DNA of 63,192 bases, filler included, from Octopus bimaculoides (taxonomy: Eukaryota): the NCBI RefSeq assembly GCF_001194135.2. It is 6 parts of 6 records of this genome, joined end to end, with 100 filler letters (N's around TTAATTAATTAA, not from the genome) between each part and the next. Parts side by side here need not be neighbours in the genome. Positions count along the whole stretch, not along the records: positions 50,700 to 57,353 come from NC_068998.1; positions 57,454 to 61,864 come from NC_068996.1; positions 61,965 to 63,192 come from NW_026368838.1; 3 more parts are not named here. One strand, given 5' to 3'. Of the stretch, positions 53,909 through 63,192 are shown in pieces. Both the position numbers and the translations under genes were made by a program. Every line of letters begins with the position of its first letter. Position 1 is the first letter of the stretch. A model generated the notes under the pieces. The model was not told where the DNA came from and made no database searches. It saw only the letters and a program-made list of their open reading frames with translations.

Positions 53909-54385
53909 CATGAAGGACACAGAAAGTCAATACACATATGCACACGCACACATACATAAATATATACATATACACACATTATATATACGCAACATGCATT
54001 GCTTAGATTTCCATTCTTTTGCAACCAAGTAAGGTAAATTCCCACCTGTTCCAATTGTCTTTCATGATGTTGTTGTTATTGAAATTAATGCTCTTTTTCA
54101 CATTTTCTAGAGTCGAATGTTTGAAAAGAAAAACAAAACAAAAATTAGATAAATAAACAAAGAAATAAGGAACCATAAATGACAAATGCCCTCTCCTTGT
54201 CCTAAACACTTTCCAAAGAACACAACACAACAAAACAAAACAAAAATCAATCAAAATTTCAACAAATTTCTAAAGAAATATTAAAAAAAAAAACCCAACG
54301 CAAAACATCAGATTTGAAGAATTTACGTAACGGTTCCATTATTCTCGAATTCAATAGAAGAATATTAACGAAAGGGAAACATTGT

Positions 54386-55002
54386 GTTTCGTTGGCTGTA
54401 ACGCCGTTTCGGGTTCAATCTCGCTGCCCGGTAACTTGGGGGAAGTGTCCTCCACTACGGCTCCTTTGTGTGTGTGTATATAAATATATATCAATATATA
54501 TGTTTGTGTGCGTGTGTGTGTGTCTAGGGTTGTTCCCCACCATCAGTTGGCAACCAGTGTTGGNNNNNNNNNNNNNNNNNNNNNNNNNNNNNNNNNNNNN
54601 NNNNNNNNNNNNNNNNNNNNNNNNNNNNNNNNNNNNNNNNNNNNNNNNNNNNNNNNNNNNNNNNNNNNNNNNNNNNNNNNNNNNNNNNNNNNNNNNNNNN
54701 NNNNNNNNGCCTTCAAAAATGTTTACTCGAATGAATCGACCCCGGTACTTATGTTTTTAAAAGCTTGATACTTATCCTATCGGTTTCAATTGCCGAACTG
54801 CAAAGTCACGGGGACGTAAACGCACCAACACTGGTTGCCAACCGATGGTGGAGAACAACCACAGGCACACACACACGCACACAAACATATATATTGATAT
54901 ATATTTATATACACACACACAAAGGAGCCATAGTGGCGGACACTTCCCCCAAGTTACCGGGCAGCGAGATTGAACCCGAAACGGCGTTACAACCAACGAA
55001 AC
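54386..55002. repeat. Inverted duplication (54386-54563 vs 54825-55002) flanking a gap
   Basis: 178-bp arms, about 8 substitutions, identical internal irregular microsatellite. Confidence 0.95.
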
Positions 55003-55199
55003 TTCTTAAGTATGCAGCCATGCCTGTAGCATAGAACTGTCTTTTTACAAAAGATTGAATAACACTTTGAAATTCTTTAAAGATTGACAACTTCCAATTA
55101 AAATGTTTGGGAAATTCTTAAGTTTCAAATTAACCATAAAATATATGGTGTGTACGTATGTATGTATGAATATATGTATGTATGAATATATATACATAC

Positions 55200-55285
<86 letters not shown>

Positions 55286-55889
55286 CACATGTATACTTGT
55301 GTATATATAAATCTATGTAAATATATAAATATATGTTCAGGCATTTAAATAAAGTTCCACGCATATACATACTTACATACGCACATACGTACATACATAC
55401 ATACATGCATACATATATACATATCTATGCACATGTGCGCGCGCGTGTGTGTGTGTGTGTGTGTGCACATTTTCACTCTATAGAAATTTTAATTGTTTCC
55501 TTTATACGAGAGCTAACAAGGTAAACAATTAACCATAACAACTAACGATATTTGGCCAAACATGGCTTCAAAACATGACAAATATGATAATTGTTATTGT
55601 CTATGTAACTTGTTTGGAAATTGCAACGAACATACACAGACACACACGTTCACATAAACACGTATTTACATACTCACACATAGGCGCATTAAAAAAACAC
55701 AGACGTATATACGTTTTGTGTGTGTGTGTTTGTGTATCTTTGAGAACTGTCTCCAGCTATACTTGCAGCTGTCTGTAAAAATTTTCTTCTGTGAATCGAG
55801 TGTATGTGTGTGTACGTTTGTGTGTATATATATGTGTGTCTGTGTGTGTGTGTGTGTGTGTGTCTGTGTGCTTATATATATATATATAT

Positions 55890-55930
<41 letters not shown>

Positions 55931-55980
55931 CATACATATATTTATTTATTCATTTATACATACATACATACATACATACA

Positions 55981-56110
55981 TACGAGAGGGTGCTGAAGAG
56001 TTCCTGGCTTGAAAGGTATCGCGAAAGGCCTGGTTGGAGGTCCAACCTTCCGAGTTCTTTTACAGGGCTTAGAAAAACTGAAGGACCGTTGTAATAAGTG
56101 GATCAGACGG
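55981..56110 (+). mobile_element. Mariner-derived MITE, left half only
   Basis: TACGAGAGGGTGCTGAAGAGTTCCTGGCTT TIR plus the shared core encoding LQGLEKLKDRCNKW; no right TIR. Confidence 0.85.
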
Positions 56111-56915
56111 AGGAGGCGTCGACCTCCAGAGCCGAAGATAGTGGGTCCAAGTCCCATCAGGGTCAATATTCAAAGGTATCATTTTCCTGACTTACGAACT
56201 GTATCTTATCGTAATTTTATTGCAGCTTTATATATCCCTGCCGTAAGGATTTACTTCCACACGCGCCAGCTTAATTTAATTCGTCCTTAGTCGAAAGACA
56301 ACTGTTGTTATGTCCTGTTATTTGTATTTGTGTAACATTCTCCGTATTTTTCCGTCCTTGTTTTCGTATATATTCGCTGCTTTCTTTCAAGGAATCTAAT
56401 GCTCTTAGCTTAGTTTTTCCTTGCGCTGGCCAGATTGGAGCAATCTCGAGTATAACCAGCCGAAATTGCAAAGATAATCTGGAACTCGACTGAGGAAAGA
56501 AAACTCCGAATCAGTGTCTTCTACTATAGCCTCTTGCCGACCAAAAAGCCTTGTGAGTGGATTTGGTAGACGGAAACTGAAAGAAGCTCGTCGTATATAT
56601 GTATGTGTGTGTGTGTGTGTGTGCTTGCGTGCGTTTGTGTGTCTGTTTGGGTACCCCCAACATCGCTTGACAACCGATGCTGTTGTGTTTGCATACCCCG
56701 GGTTATTTATTCAGCGCAGACTGCATGCAAATACATGTTATTGACAAACCAACAAGGCGGAAATGCATCTGGCGTTCACGCAAGCTGCGACTGGGACAGA
56801 GTTTTGTCTCTCTTCAAGATACATTGTCTTTTTCAACGCATCATGCCCGTAAAAAGCTTTTGCCATCTTGCCTTTCGACAGAGTATATTATATATTTATT
56901 ATGATATGAATAAGG

Positions 56916-56961
<46 letters not shown>

Positions 56962-57353
56962 CTATCCGTGCGTGTGTGTGAGGGTGTGTGCGGGTCTATA
57001 TGTGTGTATGTGTATGTGTGCATATGTGTGTATGTGTGTGTTTGCGTGTGTGTGTATGTTTCTCTGGGTGTATATATATATATGTGTATGTGTGTATGTG
57101 TGTGTATGTGTATGTATGTGTGAGCGTGTGTATATGAGTGTGTGTGGAGTGGGAACGTATGCATGGATAATCGCTTCTTAAAAGAGTTGCGAGATGAGAA
57201 ACATTTAAAGCATGGTACATTTAGCTATAAATACTATTGTTTCATCCTATAATTGTTTTTTATATATCGTAAATATGCACACACACACATACATTCGAGG
57301 TGTGACCAAAACGTCTGAGTTTTACATATATATATATACATATGTATATATAT

Positions 57354-57453
57354 NNNNNNNNNNNNNNNNNNNNNNNNNNNNNNNNNNNNNNNNNNNNTTA
57401 ATTAATTAANNNNNNNNNNNNNNNNNNNNNNNNNNNNNNNNNNNNNNNNNNNN
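57354..57453. other. Scaffolding placeholder (44 N + TTAATTAATTAA + 44 N)
   Basis: 12-mer at 57398-57409 with 44 N on each side. Confidence 0.95.
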
Positions 57454-58099
57454 TATATATATATATATATATGTAGAGACAGACCGACAGATAGAGAGGT
57501 AGACAGATTGACGGATAGACAGACAAAGGGTTAGAGAGAAAGAGAGGATGGCGAAAGAAAGATAAATTGAGAAAGAGAGGAAAGGAGAGAGAGAGAGAGA
57601 GAGAGAAAGAGAGCAACCGAGCGATCAAAATAAAATTGGGCAGTGAGTTCATTGTACAGAAAATGGTTTTACTTCAAATAAATATCCATATTCTCGTTCT
57701 ATACTCGAGTGATATTTTGTTTCCTATTTTATATAAAATTCAACGTTGGATATTGTAATATATTGATTTTCAGCTTTAAATCCAAGCGATTTGCAATTAT
57801 ATATGTATATATATACATATGTATATACTTTGTATTTTACAATGTTTTATTTACGTGTGGATATTTCAATGCTTGTTATTATATGCATATTTTTTGTCTT
57901 AATATTATTCATCCAAGTCAGATTATCTGTTGTTGCATGTTAAATTACAGATTTTATTTCTTTATGTTTTAAAAAATATCGTTTCGCCCAAGGAAATTTT
58001 TTTCTCCCACATGAATAGCTAAATTAGCAATTGTTTCCTCATCACCAAATTCTGCTAAATATCGTCGTCGTCGTCGTCGTCATCGTCATCATTATTATT

Positions 58100-59830
58100 G
58101 CTGCCATACTGGGAAAGTGCACAGGGCTGGAGTTCCGTGAGTTTTAAGTGTTTCATCAATTGTTTCGGAAGTTTAAAAGCACGTTCAGTCTAATATTTTA
58201 TCGTAGCTATTTTGCTAACATTGTATATTTTTCAATTTAAAAGAAAAAAAGGTGGGAACTCGACAAAATAATCGAACACCGTTCAGTCGACCCAGTTTTA
58301 ACTCCCGAAAGTAGCCATGGCTGAATTTAAAATTAATTTATCGACACAAAGAAATACAATTTCGTCTTGTTGTAATGACGACAGGAACACCAGCAAAGAT
58401 ACTAGCAACAGCAGTAACAACAACAATGAACTAAAAGAACATAAAGAAAGAGAAAAAATAATTTTCCCACGCATAACAACTGCAAATTTAACTACCACCG
58501 CCACTACCACCACGTCAAACATCGAAAACATTAGTAAAGCAACAACAAGAGTTGCTTCTTCTAGGCAGACCAACAAGTGAGTCTGCAAAGATGTGTCGGA
58601 GAACAGTGGAATTGGAGCTGTCAGTTAGAGCTAAAATACATCTAACCAGGTCTGGCAGAACAATCTATCTTAAAACATCAGAAGAGATGCAGGAGGAATC
58701 GAGAAAAGGAACCGTTATATATAGATGAAATATTCGTGAAGGCAAGAAGATTGGAAAGTGCTGCGCAGACTCACGTCGAATAATGCCTGAGACCGGTATG
58801 AAGTCAAAAATCGTATGTCGCCCATGGCAAAAGCTTTGGCATAGTAGAAGTAAGGTTCTCAAATGAAGAAATGGCCCAGAAAAATGCTAGAACAACCCTA
58901 AAAAGTGAGGAATTATACATGATTCCCACATACCTCAGTGGGAAGTTTGTCAAAGTGAAGGTAGCGATGGTCTCACCAGAAACTGATGTCTCTTTGTTTG
59001 CAGCGGTCGTATTACACGGAATATAGGAATATTTTACAAGTCCATAAAATTAAGAAAGAAGATCGGTAAGGCAAAGGGATGGAACTCTTGAAGCGTGCTG
59101 ATTTCGCAACTGCACTAGAGATTCCAAATGTAATCGAGCTCCCTGGAGGATCAAAATTATTTGTAGTAGTAGAGGGCAGAAAGCTGAGATGCCATGTTTG
59201 TGGCGAAATAAACAACAACATAAAGCTCCACAAGATTTGCCTCACCCTGTTCTTAGCACTCATACATGTACTGCACGGAGCATAAATGGTAAAAGGTTTC
59301 TAGGACAAACAAAAGAAAGAGAAACAAAAGCAAAAACACCAACAAAAAAATCAACTAGCAGGTATGATCACAGTGAAGAGACACTCTTGAAAACACACAC
59401 AAATACGACTCCTAATAGCAGTGACGCTAGTACCGTCAACATCTTCCTCATCACAACCGTCACCAACGCAAGCACGAACCAACTCACACAGCATACTCTC
59501 ACAACATACATCCTGACACCATCAACATTCAGTCATCAACTACACAGTGATAAACACAAACAATAAAGAACTAATGGCACACATATACAATCGTACAGAC
59601 ATCACAAACAGATTTCATCACACCGACAAGCAACGCACCGGCACACATAAAATTCATCCTAACGTCACAAAAATCATACGACGCCATAAAAACGAAATAT
59701 CCACAAGGAGTCGGGGCATTCAGGAAAGATGTTGACAAAAGACTATGCAAAGGACTGCTCGTGGAAATATCCATATATAACTATGAGGAAGGAATGTCCA
59801 TCCCTCCTCGCCAACTAAATTACTGTAAGT
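58100..59830 (+). mobile_element. Degenerate L1/Tx1-like LINE 5' region and ORF1 (RRM-like segment + CCHC knuckle); ORF2 absent
   Basis: ATG in good context at 58317, T/N-rich N-terminus, then across frameshifts KEPLYIDEIF; FGIVEVRFSNEEMAQK...YMIPTYL...VKVKVAMV; LPGGSKLFVVVEGRKLRCHVCGE...H..C; then a T/H-rich tail. No endonuclease or RT follows. Confidence 0.7.
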
Positions 59831-59925
59831 AGCCTTTTCCGCTTCCATACCTTCATCTCAGAAACGTATGTAGCTTAAGAAACGTATGTAGCCTAGATTT
59901 TGTCTGCGCCATTCCTTCAATTTAG

Positions 59926-59994
<69 letters not shown>

Positions 59995-61084
59995 AATAGA
60001 TACATACATACATACATGACATGACATGACAGGCTTCTCACACTGGTTACATCCACCAAATTCACTCAAAGAGAAACTAAGTGAATGGAACTCAATTAAA
60101 CATGGCGGCAACCACATTATATAAGTGACAATCGGACATAGTAGAGAGCGCTTGTTAGAGGGAGCCTGTTTATTCGGCCAATCATAGGCCGAACAGAGCT
60201 GTAAACTTACAGTGTCGTTTAAGCCTACCTGTGATTAAAAATGCTTTCAACCAAATGTTAGAACAGATATGCTACACCACCATAGGTATGACGATTTATT
60301 ATCGATTAGTAGATATCTGTTCGAATCAGTAAGCAGATTTATTCGCTGAAGATCATCAGCTCTTGTCAGTGTCCTCAGTCCAAGAGGTTTTGTTTTTTTA
60401 TATTTTTGGCTAACGGGTGTCGAAAATTCAGCTGTCCCAGAATCCTTTGTCCTAATGAACTGAGTGTGTTATGAACACATATTCATCGTAAACGTACAGT
60501 TTGTTCACAACAGCGATTAGCATACTCATGTTCGAATCTGGCGAAACGTATTGAGACTAAATATGCAAATAATCAATATTATTCCTTTAAAATGCCATTA
60601 AAAATATTGTAATTGTACTTGAATCAATATTTCTGATAGCCATACGATACAGAGTTGCTTTCAATAGTTTTGCATTCATTCTTTTGAAGAGAAAACGCAG
60701 CTTCTTTGGTCAATTAACGGATTTATTTGCAATTGTAAGTGCATATATAACAAACATATTTTATGACATTCTTAATAAGTACTGCTGTATANNNNNNNNN
60801 NNNNNNNNNNNNNNNNNNNNNNNNNNNNNNNNNNNNNNNNNNNNNNNNNNNNNNNNNNNNNNNNNNNNNNNNNNNNNNNNNNNNNNNNNNNNNNNNNNNN
60901 NNNNNNNNNNNNNNNNNNNNNNNNNNNNNNNNNNNNNNNNNNNNNNNNNNNNNNNNNNNNNNNNNNNNNNNNNNNNNNNNNNNNNNNNNNNNNNNNNNNN
61001 NNNNNNNNNNNNNNNNNNNNNNNNNNNNNNNNNNNNNNNNNNNNNNTATATATATATATATATATATATGTACAAAGTGAGAGA

Positions 61085-61226
61085 GGGTGTGCAAGCGTGG
61101 CTGTATGGTAAGTAGTTTGGTTCAGTCCTACTGCATGGAACCTTGGGCAAGTGTCTTCTACTACAGCCTCGGGCCGGCCAAAGCCTTGTGAGTGGTTTTG
61201 GTAGATGGAAACTGAAAGAAGCCCGT

Positions 61227-61283
<57 letters not shown>

Positions 61284-61475
61284 TTGTATGTGTGCTTGTT
61301 TCCCTTCCCCGCTTGATGGAGTGAGTTTATGAACCTGTAACCGAGCCGTTCAGCAAAAGAGAGACCGATAGAATTAGTGCCAGGCTTTAAAATGTAGAAA
61401 AGTGGTACTAGGGTCGATTCGTTCGAGACGGTGTGTCAGTATGCTTACAGTCTAATGTTAAAGGTAAAAGATAAA
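61085..61475 (+). mobile_element. SINE family B copy with internal (TATG)n
   Basis: CCTTGGGCAAGTGTCTTCTACTACAGCCTCGGGCCGGCCAAAGCCTTGTGAGTGG...GGAAACTGAAAGAAGCCCG, then (TATG)n, then the family tail. Confidence 0.85.
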
Positions 61476-61864
61476 AGAAACACACGCACACATACACACC
61501 TACATACCCAAATAGGTAGCTAGATAAATAGGTCTATCTTAGAAGAAAAAATGGGATTTAAAAATCCTGGCAGATATCAGGTAAGCTCTCAGAATAAAGG
61601 AATAAGGTTAAATTTCCAACAATAAGAAAATAGCAAATGTATGTAGAGTACAAATCTCAGGTAAATCCTCATGTATGACAGGTAAATCCAACAATCTTTA
61701 TAAAGAATTTTAAGAAATTCAGAGAATCAACAACAATCAATATGTACGAAGAAAATCATATCTTTATTTATCTAAAATAACTAAAATAAAGGATATGATT
61801 TTTCTTCTATTGATTGTTGTGTATATATATATATATATATATACGACAATCAATATATATATAT

Positions 61865-61964
61865 NNNNNNNNNNNNNNNNNNNNNNNNNNNNNNNNNNNN
61901 NNNNNNNNTTAATTAATTAANNNNNNNNNNNNNNNNNNNNNNNNNNNNNNNNNNNNNNNNNNNN
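61865..61964. other. Scaffolding placeholder (44 N + TTAATTAATTAA + 44 N)
   Basis: 12-mer at 61909-61920 with 44 N on each side. Confidence 0.95.
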
Positions 61965-62044
61965 GTCAATTAGTAATAAAATTAATAATTAACAATTTTG
62001 CCGGGTAGCCCAGTTTGAAAAAACCTTATCGGTAATATCATTTA

Positions 62045-62426
62045 TAATCATAAATATATAGGGATTGACAGTAACCTGCTTCTCCAACATACTGAGAATT
62101 CAGAAATAGCAGCCAAAGAACTACTGATTCCAAAACTACAAATTTTACTCTAAATTGATAGCGATATTTTTGATACACACAGAACAAAAAACAGTAGAGA
62201 AGAGTAAAAAACAACTTAACTGTGAAACGGTCGTACTAAATTAACTAAAGGCAAGTTGTTTCTTACTCTTCTCTACTGTTTTTTTGTTCTGTGTGTATCA
62301 AAATTATCGCTATCAATTTAGAGTCAAATTTGTAGTTTTGGAATCAGTAGTTCTTTGGCTGCTATTTCTGAATTCTCAGTATGTTGGAGAAGCAGGTTAC
62401 TGTCAATCCCTATATATTTATGATTA
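62045..62426. repeat. Long inverted repeat (arms 62045-62217 and 62253-62426, 35-bp spacer)
   Basis: The arms are reverse complements with about 3 substitutions and 1 indel by eye. Confidence 0.97.
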
Positions 62427-62436
62427 NNNNNNNNNN

Positions 62437-62506
<70 letters not shown>

Positions 62507-63192
62507 CAAGATAAAAAAATAAGAACTGTAATAAATCAGTGAAGAAAAAATATATAGTGTGTGTGTTTATTTGGCAAACAAAAATGAAAAAAATGACCAT
62601 CCCAAAATACAACAATATCTTGTTTCAAAACACGATATCACACCAGGAATCTTCCAAAACGAACTGATACAATAATAATCCTTTCTAATATATATGAATA
62701 TGGGAGGGGGAAGTAAGTCAATTACATCGACCCCAGCATTCAACTGGTACTTAGTTTATCCACCCTGAAAGGATGAAAATCATAGTCAGCCACAGTCAAA
62801 TTTGAATTTAGAACATGAAGACAGACAAAATGCTGTTAAGCATTTTGCCTGGCATGCTAACAATTCTGCCAGCTCACCTTAATAATGATAATAATAATAA
62901 TAATTTCAAATTTTGCTGCAAGGGCAGCCATTTTGCGGGAGGGGATAAGTTGATTACATCAACCCCCAGTGTTTCACTGGTACTTAATTTATTGACCCAG
63001 AAAGGATGAAAGGCAAAGTCGATCTTAGTGGAATTTGAACTCAGAATATAGCACCAAGTGAAATATGGCAAATCATTTCATCCAGTGCACTAACAACCTT
63101 GTGCCAAAACTGACCTCACCTGTACTTGTGCCATGTAAAAAGCACCAAATCTATTCTGCTGAGTGGTTGGTGACAGGAAGGGCATCCAGCTG

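Noticed and set aside
56190-56240. Minus-strand TATA box (TATATAAA) with Inr-like ACAGTT and GTAAGT donor
   Set aside because: The implied first exon would be only a few bases, and such motifs arise by chance in AT-rich DNA.
56009-56290. 93-aa ORF with LQGLEKLKDRCNKW
   Set aside because: The N-terminus is the mariner MITE core; read-through into flanking DNA, not a transposase gene.

Overview
Eukaryotic, repeat-saturated draft-assembly DNA, most likely octopus (coleoid cephalopod). This is inferred from the SINE families, the very dense (AT)n/(AC)n/(AGAT)n/(AAT)n microsatellites and the RTE and mariner debris. Five identical 100-bp placeholders (44 N + TTAATTAATTAA + 44 N) split the window into six blocks of unverified spacing. 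No complete host gene, RNA gene or CRISPR array can be recognised, and nearly all supplied ORFs come from microsatellites, N-runs or transposon antisense strands. Supportable content: a degenerate RTE LINE whose endonuclease half is inverted against its RT half (24.9-27.7 kb); a stand-alone L1/Tx1-type ORF1 relic with a CCHC knuckle (58.1-59.8 kb); several other LINE fragments, including an RLE/HERO-like one; a mariner MITE family plus mariner transposase fragments; four SINE families; and several splice-signal-flanked candidate exons of unknown product. The most unusual signals are a ~173-bp-arm near-perfect palindrome (62045-62426), an inverted duplication of a SINE carrying its private microsatellite (54386-55002), a CpG-depleted block coinciding with one assembly segment (24.7-44.5 kb) that contains two CpG-retaining islands, and an exon-like island (33236-33537) open in one frame except for a tandem TAG-TGA. 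I found no convincing new multi-gene system. Coordinates of degenerate repeats are approximate, and all alignments and counts were done by eye.
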